Program-made: the position numbers and the translations under genes | The notes under the pieces: generated by a model | What the model was told of the DNA's origin: nothing | Seen by the model: the letters and a program-made list of their open reading frames with translations, nothing else | The model's database searches: none | Assembly: GCF_001194135.2 (NCBI RefSeq) | Contig: NC_068994.1 | Location: 35,940,094 to 36,004,093 of the forward strand | Direction of reading: 5' to 3' | Source: Octopus bimaculoides | Lineage: Eukaryota | Length of the DNA: 64,000 bases | In this document: piece by piece, positions 1-10,440 of the stretch | Numbering within the stretch: position 1 is the stretch's first letter | How the letters are laid out: every line of letters begins with the position of its first letter

Positions 1-83
1 ATAGCATATGGGAACTGGTATTGAGGAAGGATAGAAAAATAATAGATTTATAAGCCTTAAAATTCACCCCATAATTGCCCACA

Positions 84-341
84 GGCATATGGCGTAGTGG
101 TTAAGAGCGCGGGCTACTAACCCCAAGGTTCCGAGTTCGATTCACGGCAGCGACCTGATTAATAATAATAATAATATAATAATAATAATAATAGTAACAT
201 CGATAGGAATGAGAACCCAGGTTCGAAATTTCCCCAAGACACCTGACGAAGGCTGGAGGGTATATCAGCCGAAACGTTGTGTTAACAACAAACAAGATGA
301 GGATGAATATCCGTCAAATGTAGATAATGTAAATAATGTAA
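84..341 (+). mobile_element. tRNA-headed SINE-like element: tRNA head, (AAT)n linker, hammerhead-bearing Penelope-type tail
   Basis: A box TGGCGTAGTGG (90-100), B box GAGTTCGATTC (133-143), (AAT)n about 161-193, then a tail containing a hammerhead core and ending in short TAATGTA repeats. The head recurs almost identically at 9001-9070 (-). Confidence 0.75.
238..283 (+). ncRNA. Minimal type I hammerhead ribozyme motif
   Basis: Stem I GACAC(238-242)/GTGTT(279-283); core CTGACGA(243-249) plus an extra A; stem II GGCTG(251-255)/CAGCC(266-270); GAAA(271-274); palindromic helix III ACGT; NUH triplet GTT(276-278). Confidence 0.75.
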
Positions 342-1004
342 GATTTATAAATCTATTTGTTTTGGTATCATAATTAATTAATGAACATAGAATTCTGTCA
401 GTTTTTTTTATTATTTAATTTGCCTGATTTCATTGAAATAGTTAATTCTGGGACACCCTATATATACACACAGACACACTCAGACACTCACGCACATGCA
501 CACATACACACACACACATACACGTGCACGTGTGCACACATATGCACATGCATACACATATGTTTACACACACATCCACTTATATTACATTTTCCTTCTC
601 CCCTACCCTCTTTATCCAACGTAATTATTAAAATTGCAGCCCTTCATTCTCATACATTTACTGCTACCCTACATTTCTCACTAATCAGATTTTGTATGGG
701 TTGAGTTTATGTAAATACTATAGCATATTTCTGTAAATGGAATTTTACAAAATTATTATTACATTTATATGAATGGAAAGCTCACAGATTACAATGTAAT
801 CAGACGTATCAAAATTGATTTCTTTTTAAAATGTAATTATTTTATTCTAATAGAGCTGTGGTGTTTTCAAACTTATTTTGATGACAAGCCCTTGTAGTTC
901 TAAAAATCTCAGAACCCATATTTTCATTTTGTGAACAACACCTCCACCATCAACCTAAATTCAATAAGGCATTAAATAGAAAGAAAATTCATTTGAATAA
1001 ATTC

Positions 1005-1235
1005 ATCATCATCATTGTTTTAACATCTACTTTTCCAAGTTTGCATGATTCACACAGAATTCATGACAGATTTCTTTATGGCTGGACACAATTTCTACTG
1101 CCATCCCACATCAATTTCCGAGTAAGGTAATATTCACCCTCAGTCAGACATGTTTCCACGGAAGACTGGAAATAAATTATACCACATGTATGATGGTAAT
1201 TCTCATTTACAACAATAACAAAATATTAAGTCAAA
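1005..1235 (-). mobile_element. Decayed SINE with (GAT)n tail (RTE-tail type)
   Basis: (CAT)n on + followed by sequence resembling the copies near 21080-21340, 26095-26260 and 55510-55738; heavily diverged. Confidence 0.4.
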
Positions 1236-1453
1236 GAGATGCAAACACATATATAAGGCTGTTTATAAATTATCTTTCCACTTCCGTAATTTATTGTATT
1301 ATCTAGATGAGTTACATACAACCAATGGAGACCATGTGGAAGTGTTCTGATGTTTCCAATAAAACTTTATTTGTTTGCCAATAAACTCTGTGGAGTTACC
1401 CTTATTTTTCTTTTTTTTTCTGAATTTTTCAATTATAAAGATAAATTATGGAC

Positions 1454-1494
<41 letters not shown>

Positions 1495-1935
1495 CGCCAG
1501 TGTTAGAGTGGTGGCAGCTGATGAAGGAAATGTTCTCTATGTGGCCTGTGTGTTTGCTGTACTCTGTTTATTATTTTTTTGTCTACGCTTTGTTTGCAAC
1601 ATCCTGTACCCAGATATGCATCTATATATACAGGTAGATGTAGCTATGTACATACATGTACATATATATGAATATACTCCTTTATTATTTGTATTATATA
1701 TANNNNNNNNNNNNNNNNNNNNNNNNNNNNNNNNNNNNNNNNNNNNNNNNNNNNNNNNNNNNNNNNNNNNNNNNNNNNNNNNNNNNNNNNNNNNNNNNNN
1801 NNNNNNNNNNNNNNNNNNNNNNNNNNNNNNNNNNNNNNNNNNNNNNNNNNNNNNNNNNNNNNNNNNNNNNNNNNNNNNNNNNNNNNNNNNNNNNNNNNNN
1901 NNNNNNNNNNNNNNNNNNNNNNNNNNNNNNNNNNN

Positions 1936-1984
<49 letters not shown>

Positions 1985-2157
1985 TATACATATATATACA
2001 TATATTACAAGGTAATGCTTCAACAAATAGAAAAACACTTGATTAACTAAGAGAGTAAAGATAATGTGTATATGTGTGTGTGTGTGTGTGTGTGCGTGTG
2101 TGTGCATGTGTGTTTGTATACATGATTTTGAATGGATATATAGGTAGATATAGACAT

Positions 2158-2340
2158 TAGTTTAAAATTTTGGCACAAGGCCACCAATTTTGGTGGAGTG
2201 GGTAAGTTGATAAAATAAATTCCCAAAAGGATGAAAGGCAAAGTTGAGCTTGCCAGAATTTGAACTCAGAACATAGAAATAGACAAAATGCTGCTAAACA
2301 ATTTGCCTGGTGTGCTAATAAATTTGCCAGCTCACTGCCT
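2158..2340 (-). mobile_element. tRNA-derived SINE, family C
   Basis: The + strand shows ggcacaaggcc...aaaggatgaaaggcaaagttga...tttgaactcagaac (reverse B box)...gccagctcactgcc. Related copies at about 2540-2710, 7705-7865, 9690-9830, 38400-38580 and in the 45-47.8 kb cluster. Confidence 0.75.
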
Positions 2341-2915
2341 TTGGATAGCTATAGATATTGATAACTTATATGTATGTATGTTTGCGTGTGTGTGTGTGTG
2401 TGTGTGTGTGTATGCATATATATATATGTTTGTGTGTCTATGTGTGTGTTATTGTGTGTTTGTGTGTGTGTGTATTAATTACATCAGTTTACCATTAATA
2501 ATAATTATAATCATAATTTCTAACATTACTGGAAATGTGTAATCAATTTAATCATCCTCAGTACTTTTTATTGTAACTAATTTTTATGAGCCCTAATGGA
2601 ATTAAAGAACCAAAGACAACCTTACTGAATTTGATCTCTGAATGTAAGCAGACATAACTACTAACAACTACAATATATTTTGATCCAGCATTCTACTATT
2701 TCTGATACTTATTAGATTGATAATGATTGATGATTGTAATGACAAATGATATTAACAATAATGATAATTGGTGCACTGGGTACAATAAAAATAATTTACA
2801 GTCACAAAACATAAGTACTATCTCATGCACTGTTGCTTCACACAGAATACAAAATTAGAGCAACTTAGTACAACATCAGTACCAAACAACTGACTGAATA
2901 ACACAATCCTCACTT

Positions 2916-2989
<74 letters not shown>

Positions 2990-3104
2990 TATATATATAA
3001 AATAATAATATTAAGGATAAAAATCCAAATTTACAGGTAAAAACTCAATTAAATTCAATTTATCAAAAATTAAAATTAAATTAAGTTTCACAGTATATAA
3101 TATA

Positions 3105-3357
3105 TAAATATATAATTTAGAGAAAAGAACTAAAGTTCATGAACTCATCCATGAAAATCCACAGTCACATATAGAAAAAATTAATAAGTAAATATACTAA
3201 AAATAAGTATAATAAAATACAAAGTAAAAATCATAGAATGGTAATAATAAAATTATTATTTTATGATTTTTCTTTTTAGTGTATTTACTTATTAATTTTT
3301 TCTATATGTGACTGTGGATTTTCATGGATGAGTTTATGAACTTTGGTTCTTTTCTCT

Positions 3358-3370
<13 letters not shown>
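3105..3370. repeat. Long inverted repeat (about 95-bp arms) upstream of the Penelope relic
   Basis: About 3105-3203 is the reverse complement of about 3273-3370 with few mismatches (e.g. GAAAATCCACAGTCACATATAGAAAAAA / TTTTTTCTATATGTGACTGTGGATTTTC). The spacer holds a second imperfect hairpin. Confidence 0.9.
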
Positions 3371-3392
<22 letters not shown>

Positions 3393-3414
3393 GTGTGTGT
3401 GTGTGTGTGTGTGC

Positions 3415-4040
3415 TGGGTACACAGTAACACACCCAACCCCAAAATACTTCCATACATCTCCACCCACAACCCCAAAAACATTGAGGCATACACCACGAT
3501 CAAACAAAATCTCCCCTTACTTACCACAGACCCGAAAATGAATAATATCATCAATACACACAAAGTCCTTAAATGCAAAAGGCAACACAAATCTTTGAAA
3601 AAGTCCCTTAACTAATGCCAAACTACACACACCACTTCCACCCCCATCAGTTAAAAAATGTGCACGCCCTAACTGTGGTACCTGCCCCTGCCTACTTGAA
3701 GGGTCTGAATTTACCTTCAAACAAGAAACAAGGTTTAAAATCAAGACCAACTTCTCTTATTCCTCTGGGAACCTCATTTATGTCCTCACATGCGCAGGTT
3801 GCCAACACAACCTCCCTTTGCATAGACGAGTAGCAGTCCATAAAGAACAAATAAATCTCCCACAACAGCACCAAATTCCACTCAGTGGCCACATAGACTC
3901 TTACGCCAAAAATAAAAACCCTAAATTTTTTATATCCCCTTTCTATCAATGTAAAAACAGAATCTCTACACAAGAAAGAATAAACAAGGAGAATCTTTTT
4001 ATAGAGAAATTCCAAACGCTTCTTAACATACAAACTCCTC
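3415..4040 (+). mobile_element. Penelope-like retroelement 3' coding relic (RT linker plus GIY-YIG endonuclease), frameshifted
   Basis: Manual translation gives ...YISTHNPKNIEAYTTIKQNLPLLTTDPKM..KSLKKSL/TNAKL..KKCARPNCGTCPCL..FSYSSGNLIYVLTCAGC / LHRRVAVHKEQIN..LSGHIDS..RINKENLFIEKFQTLLN. This matches the Cys-rich linker and GIY-YIG layout of Penelope-like elements. Confidence 0.85.
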
Positions 4041-4382
4041 GGTGACCATATTCCCTTCTCTTGCCTACCCATTGAAATACATATAAATTTACTTCTTGTT
4101 TCTCTAAGAACAGACATAAACTTCCTGTTGACAAAGAGTCCAGAACTCCAACTAAAGAGTATAAAACTGTTTTGGCACCACACTTCCTGTTAAACACATA
4201 AACTCTCAGCCTTTTTAAACACAACACCATTCTTAATTCCATGCATCGTAATCTATCTAACAATTATCTACATGGATTACCATTGAACTTCAAAAAATCA
4301 AAGACAATATAATGTATTGGTATATTTATTCTTTTAATATATTTTTTATATTTTTGTAAAAAACATTATTTTCATTCCCCTC

Positions 4383-4420
4383 TTCTTGAAAATTTGCCAT
4401 GCAATGAAAGCCGGTTAGAA
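4383..4420 (+). ncRNA. Decayed hammerhead-like motif
   Basis: TTC / TTGAAAA (core CTGAAGA with 2 changes) / TTGC-cat-GCAA stem II / GAAA / near-palindrome AGCCGGTT / A / GAA. Confidence 0.4.
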
Positions 4421-4570
4421 ATCCTTTTTAATCCTCCTTATGCACATCTATATTAAAATATGCTTTCAGTTTAGCATTCTGCCTTATTATTATTATTATT
4501 ATTATTTTCCTATATATATGCATGTATTTTCATCCTTCTTCCTTTTCTTTGGGGCTTTCCTATGTTCCCT

Positions 4571-4605
4571 GCTTCTCAAGAAGAGCTATGCCCGAAACGT
4601 AAAAC
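4571..4605 (+). ncRNA. Decayed hammerhead-like motif
   Basis: GCTT / CTCAAGA (1 change from CTGAAGA) / A / GAGC-tat-GCCC / GAAAC GTA / AAAC. Confidence 0.55.
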
Positions 4606-5310
4606 AACCACACTTTCTTTTCTTCTCTGAACATTTCATTAATACTTTCCATGCACTATGTCCCCACGTTGTGGTTTTTTCTTGTTTTTTTTTCTCTTTT
4701 ATTCTAATTAACATATATATATGTGTATATATATATATATATGTGTATATATNNNNNNNNNNNNNNNNNNNNNNNNNNNNNNNNNNNNNNNNNNNNNNNN
4801 NNNNNNNNNNNNNNNNNNNNNNNNNNNNNNNNNNNNNNNNNNNNNNNNNNNNNNNNNNNNNNNNNNNNNNNNNNNNNNNNNNNNNNNNNNNNNNNNNNNN
4901 NNNNNNNNNNNNNNNNNNNNNNNNNNNNNNNNNNNNNNNNNNNNNNNNNNNNNNNNNNNNNNNNNNNNNNNNNNNNNNNNNNNNNNNNNNNNNNNNNNNN
5001 NNNNNNNNNNNNNNNNNNNNNNNNNNNNNNNNNNNNNNNNNNNNNNNNNNNNNNNNNNNNNNNNNNNNNNNNNNNNNNNNNNNNNNNNNNNNNNNNNNNN
5101 NNNNNNNNNNNNNNNNNNNNNNNNNNNNNNNNNNNNNNNNNNNNNNNNNNNNNNNNNNNNNNNNNNNNNNNNNNNNNNNNNNNNNNNNNNNNNNNNNNNN
5201 NNNNNNNNNATATATATATATATATATATATACATACACACACACACATGTTCTTGACCCCCCAGACAGAAGATAAACTGTTTTTACTTCAAATTTTTAT
5301 TAATTCTTAC

Positions 5311-5350
5311 TGATATTTGATAAGATGAGATTCATCGAAACTGATATTAT
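5311..5350 (+). ncRNA. Strongly decayed hammerhead-like motif
   Basis: TTGATAA / GATGA-gat-TCATC perfect stem II / GAAAC; helix III and cleavage triplet are disrupted. Confidence 0.3.
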
Positions 5351-5499
5351 TTTCTTTATATAATTTTTAAAATCATTTTTATTAAATTCCCTCGTAAACT
5401 GAAATGTCTTAGACTTACTTCTGTGCTATTTTCATCTGTCTTTTTTTTTGTGTGTGTGTGTGTGTGCTTGCGTATATCAATATAAATTTCTTTCTTTCT

Positions 5500-6380
5500 T
5501 TCTCTCTGATCCCTCTACCCACACTATCACATTAGCCAGTAGAATAAACGCATAAGTCTATTTATAGAAACTTGACCATTCTTAATATTCTTCCTTTCCA
5601 TTTTGTGGTTTACTACTCCTATACTTTTTTCTGTACCATTTGTTAATGCCATTCTAACATATCACCCCACCTCATACGCCCCACACATATTCATTACTTA
5701 TGTTCTTATCTCTTCTTACCCCTCCCCTACTCCACTCCCACCCACTCATAATATCTTGACCACCAACTAACATTCCTTTTTTCACTTTCTTACACTTTTT
5801 CATTCTCTCTTGCTTTCGTTTTAGCTTCCTCTTTCTTTCTTTCTTCTTTTCCCACTTTTTCCTTTGACCTCTCTCTTCATTTTAACATACACATCTCTTC
5901 CCCCCTCTCTATCTGCTTAAGACTACTGCTGCATTCTCAAATTTTCATTCACACTACAAGACCCCTTTAAATGAACAGCACGTGGAATTTACGTCTCCAC
6001 ACTTTCCATTTGTGATGACAAAATATGAACTCCTATTGGAATTTACATACCACAGATAGGAAGCATTTCTACCACTTCTACACACCACTTTACTTGGATA
6101 ATGAAACTGCAACTATAACATCATTATACATTTTCATTTTTATTTCTACATTCATTCTTCTATTTCTCTTTATACTCCTAATTTGGTTCCTTTTCCAAAA
6201 TAACTCTTCATATTGAACTCTAATATTTCCCTCTATTTAACCATCTCACATCATCTCTGATGAAGGGATATCCCTAATATCCCAGAAGCAGCTGAAAGAC
6301 TAACTTTCTCTTTATAAATGTCCTGAAAATTCCACACAGCCTTGGCTTTGTTGTTTCATTTTATTTAACACACACACACA
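5500..6380 (+). mobile_element. Second Penelope-like 3' relic (endonuclease C-terminus, pyrimidine-rich UTR, hammerhead-like terminus)
   Basis: About 5540-5590 reads as decayed RINA.SLFIE.L.PFLN, homologous to RINKENLFIEKFQTLLN of the first relic. It ends in the motif at 6251-6300. Confidence 0.5.
6251..6300 (+). ncRNA. Decayed hammerhead-like motif
   Basis: TCT / CTGATGA(6257-6263) A / GGGATAT-cccta-ATATCCC 7-bp stem II / A GAAGC (GAAAC, 1 change) / palindrome CAGCTG / GAA (GTA, 1 change) / AGA. Confidence 0.6.
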
Positions 6381-6429
6381 TATATATACATATATATATA
6401 ACAAATGAGAGAAAGAGAGAAAATGGAAT

Positions 6430-7122
6430 TCACGAGATTCTTTATTAATCATACCTATTTTGCATCAGTCTCTCACAGACATCCTGATTCATTTCCAGTT
6501 TTGATAGAATATTCACTCGGATTTCTACATCCCTCCTATCTGTCAATCCTTGTGCAAAAGCCAAACACTTGAAAGAATCTGGAGTTAGCATATCTAGCCT
6601 AAATCTCTCACATTCTTTGTTGACTCTGCCTGTATAAGTAGTCAAGTCTTCATGTTCACTCCTTTCTATGTTTAAATATTTTCATCTTGTATTAAACAGT
6701 GAACTTTTTCCACTAAACATTTTGCACAAAATGTCAACTGTGGCCATGAAATTTATGTTTGACACTGTTTTGACAATATAAAGTTACTATACTTCTCGTG
6801 CTTTACTGTCCCTAGTTTTCTTAAAACTAGACACATTTTCATATTGTCCATCCAATCCTGGCATTCTTTTTCAAAGATTTGTTGAAATCTTCAAAAGTAG
6901 GCCTTGAAGGTTACTCCTTCTTCGGGGTCATATTTGAATTCGCTTATGGAATTTGCTACATGGTTTGGTGAAAATGTATTCTCCAGGTTTCATTAAGTGT
7001 AACATTTGCTTCATTAAGTGTAACATTTGCTGCTGCAACCCTTATTGTTGTTCTCATTGTTCCTTGATTTATTGTTGTTGCTGTTTTTGCAACTCAATTA
7101 TCCCAGCTAACAAGTCTTCCAT
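6430..7122 (-). pseudogene. Ty3/Gypsy gag pseudogene
   Basis: Starts at ATG 7122: MEDLLAGIIELQKQQQ..EFKYDPEEGVTFKAYF..ECQDWMDNMKMCLVLRKLGTVKHEKYSNFIL..SLFNTR..TTYTGRVNKECERFRLDMLTPDSFKCLAFAQGL..EIRVNILSKLE. Multiple stops and frameshifts; in-frame 21-bp duplication near 6990-7031. Confidence 0.8.
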
Positions 7123-7320
7123 ATTTTATGATTTTTGTAAGTTTGCACAACAAGTTTTTTGGGTTTTTTTTTGTCGAGGTATTTAGTTTTCCACATGAAT
7201 TAGTTTAAACTCTCTGTGTGAATGTTTTTTTTTTTCACTCTGCATAAATTTGTTTTTTCTTCTCCACCACTGTTGTAAAACAGTCTTTTACCATTTTTGT
7301 ATCCATCTTTTGACGACAGA

Positions 7321-7609
7321 TGTTGCTATATTCCAAAGTCCTCAATAGAATGTTTCTATCTGGCACTGTATGACCCCCAGTTGTACAGTGTTATTACCCT
7401 CAAAAGGTTGGATCATTATAATGTCCATTCAGTATCACAGTATGATTACTATATCAACACAGACATGACTATCCACAGTCTACATGTACTCCCGACCTTT
7501 TTCCTGTCAACTGGCTACTGGTCTATTTTTAATGGCTGGCTACTACCACTTTTTACCAGGGATGGGTGCACAGTTTCACTATACAACTGTTTGTAAAATA
7601 TATTCTACA
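7321..7609 (-). mobile_element. Putative 5' LTR of the Gypsy element
   Basis: On the minus strand begins TGT (7609) and ends ACA (7321), followed by a decayed PBS-like TCTGTCGTCAAAAGATGG and about 200 bp of leader before gag. Confidence 0.5.
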
Positions 7610-7887
7610 TGGGAAACAGATATAAAAATGAATAACTGAAATCATTAAAAAGATATAATTATGATAGTAGAAACAATAATAATCATGTACAAAAATTTGT
7701 TGAAGATGCACAAGGCCAGAAATTTGTAGGATAGAAATGTAGTCAATTAAATCAAAATCAGTGCTTGATTGATATTTATTTTTCTGATTCTGGGAGACTT
7801 GTAAAGTAAATAATGATCCTGATGGAACTAAACTCAGAATGTAAAGAAATATAGTTACAATGAGGAACTGACTTTTGCCTTTTAATT

Positions 7888-8337
7888 TTTACTTGCCTCA
7901 GTCACTGGACTGTTGCCATGCTGGAGCACCACCTTGAAGTGTTTTTGTTGAACAGATCAATCCTTGTTCTTATGTCTTTTTTAAGTCTGGTACTTATTTT
8001 TATCAGTCGCTTTTGCTGTGCTGAAACACAGGCACAAAGACACACGTGCACGCATGCATGCACACACACACACACACAGAGTGTGTGTGATGTATATAAA
8101 TATATATATATATATACATAGAAAAAGAGAGTGATATAAATATATATATATATATACACACACACTTATGTATACAGCAGGCTTCCACATAGTTTTTCTC
8201 AACCATATCCACTTGCATGGCATTATTCAGCTCAGAGCTATGGAAGAATACACTTGCCCAAAGTGCCATGTGTTGTATTTGAACTTGAAACCACGTGGTT
8301 GCAAATCATGAGTCATAACCACACAGCCATGCCTGCA
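7888..8337 (-). mobile_element. tRNA-derived SINE, family A (internal microsatellite)
   Basis: Matches the full copies at 21588-22030 and 52083-52513: gctggagcaccacc tail, acacttgcccaa core, ccacacagccat head. Confidence 0.75.
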
Positions 8338-9000
8338 TCTATATTCAGCCAAAAAACAAAAAATAAAGATGTGTAGGACAATCTCTAGTATTTCACAGTA
8401 GCATTTCACATACTGTGATTGGGAAGAAAGTATTTGCAGTCAGAAGTCATCTAACACTGTTCTCAGACTAAGCAAGCAAGGCAGACAACTCTAACTGTTT
8501 AAGTCTTATTAACTTTTGGCAGCAGAAGTATAGCATTTTCCATTGCTTACTGACTCTGTAGTCACTAGCTTATTTTATACAATAGGAAAAAATGAAGAGA
8601 AAAAGAAGTTTAGTGATGAATAGATATCTCAATCCTAAGTTATGTAACTTCTTTCTACAAGATATTATTCACATTCTATTTAAGACAATTACAACACAAT
8701 AACAGAAATCCTCACACACGTGCGCACACACACACACACACACCCTACACAATTCTAACATTGTAATAAACACTTTTGCAAATAATAAACAAACAGTGAA
8801 ATATTGTAAATTTGATGGAATACAAATAATTTCCCTCTGCACCAAACACTAGACTGCATTCACCTTAGAAATATAGCCAATATACAAAAATGCACACCTG
8901 GTGCACTGAAAAAAATCACAAGCATATGAATCTACTTGAAAATAAATATTATTAATAATAATGATAATAAGAAAACTATTATTATTATTATTATTATTAA

Positions 9001-9070
9001 TCAGGTCGCTGCCGTGAATCGAACTCAGAACCTTGGGGTTAGTAGCCCGCGCTCTTAACCACTACGCCAT
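9001..9070 (-). mobile_element. tRNA-derived SINE head (same as 84-157), without hammerhead tail
   Basis: Reverse complement ATGGCGTAGTGGTTAAGAGCGCGGGCTACTAACCCCAAGGTTCTGAGTTCGATTCACGGCAGCGACCTGA differs by one base from the copy at 88-157; followed by (AAT)n only. Confidence 0.85.
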
Positions 9071-9120
9071 AACAACAACTGCAACTACTACTACTACTAC
9101 TACTAATAATAATAATAATA

Positions 9121-9156
<36 letters not shown>

Positions 9157-9689
9157 GCAACAACAAAAAACAACAATGATCAGGATGTTGATGATGGTGA
9201 TGGCATTGTTGATGATGATGGTGATGATGATGATGATGTCAACAATAAGGACTGTAATGAGGAGGAGGAGGAGGAGGAGGAGGAGGGGAATATATTTCAT
9301 TTGATAATTTTCTTAATTCTTTTTCAGTTTTAGAAACAATAAAATGAACCCAACAAAACATCAAAACTGATGTAGCATGCAATCACAATTATTCTATCTC
9401 CACAAAAGAGAGAAACATGAAGATGCACTTGGTGGTGAATGAAATAGTAGAAACATCCATATGATAGTTGGAAATGTAATAATAATAATAATAATAATTA
9501 ATTCTTGTTTTATTGGCCACAAGGGCTAATATAAATCAAAGACATATAAGGACAAAGACAGGATGAAAGTACAAAGAGTTTTGTCCAAAAAGAAAGGTCC
9601 GTGTAAACATTAATAACGGTGAAAAATATAACAAATAAAACTTCCAATAATAATAATAATAATAATGATGATGATGATGATTTCAAATC

Positions 9690-9830
9690 GAGGCCAGAAA
9701 CTTCGGGGAAGGAGGTAAGTCAATTTCAACAACTCCAATGCTCGACTGGTACTTATTCTTTCGACCCCAAAAGGATGGAAGGTAAAGTCAACCTTGGAGG
9801 AATTTGAACTCAGAACATGAAAACAGGCTT
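9690..9830 (-). mobile_element. tRNA-derived SINE, family C (partial)
   Basis: gactggtacttattctttcgaccccaaaaggatggaaggtaaagtcaacc...tttgaactcagaac. Confidence 0.7.
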
Positions 9831-9884
9831 AAAAAAAAGAAATAATAAAATAATGATAATTATACAGTGGTTCTCATGGCTTCT

Positions 9885-10310
9885 GATCTTAACAGATTAG
9901 AAATGGTAACATGTACATGTTTTACCCTGGTGTAAAAGATGGGCTACACCAATACCATAGATTTGCTTGTCAGCTGCTTGACCATAATCAGTTCAGCATG
10001 TCCCTTAGTGGCTGGTATGTGACCCTCTGATCTTGTGAAGAGGTAGTAGGAGAGCACCAGAGCCATGTGTTGTGAGGGATTCGTTTCGACTTGAATGAAT
10101 CACCCTTCGAAACATGTGCATTTTGTTCATCATCTTTAAACAGCCCTTATTCAGGGACCTTTTGAATGGGATGGGCTACTCAACCTGAAGAAAATTCTAA
10201 CTGGGCCCCCACCTACTAGGTCATGTACTATTTATTTTGATTATGAAGTCACCTTATGAAACACATATGGTTGTGATGCATGTACTTGGTGTACTCTTAT
10301 CAGATAACTA
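9885..10310 (+). mobile_element. SINE-like interspersed repeat (separate family)
   Basis: GC-richer non-coding island (cagctgcttgacc..cagcatgtcccttagtggctg..aacagcccttattcagggacc..ctgggccccacc) that I recall as an abundant octopus repeat; no second copy in the window to confirm. Confidence 0.4.
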
Positions 10311-10399
10311 ATTATGATAAGTATATTGGGTTTTGTATGTTTGTACCCCAGCATCATTTTGATGGTGTGTGTTGCACTCTCACTTGATAACAACATACA

Positions 10400-10440
<41 letters not shown>

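Noticed and set aside
84-157. Possible tRNA gene
   Set aside because: The anticodon and acceptor stems pair poorly, it runs into (AAT)n, and it is repeated at 9001; it is a SINE head.
8864-8905. 42-nt minus-strand exon candidate (tttttttcAG...AAG/GTGAAT; CTRCAFLYIGYISK)
   Set aside because: Good splice signals, but no partner exon or recognisable protein; chance is plausible in AT-rich DNA.
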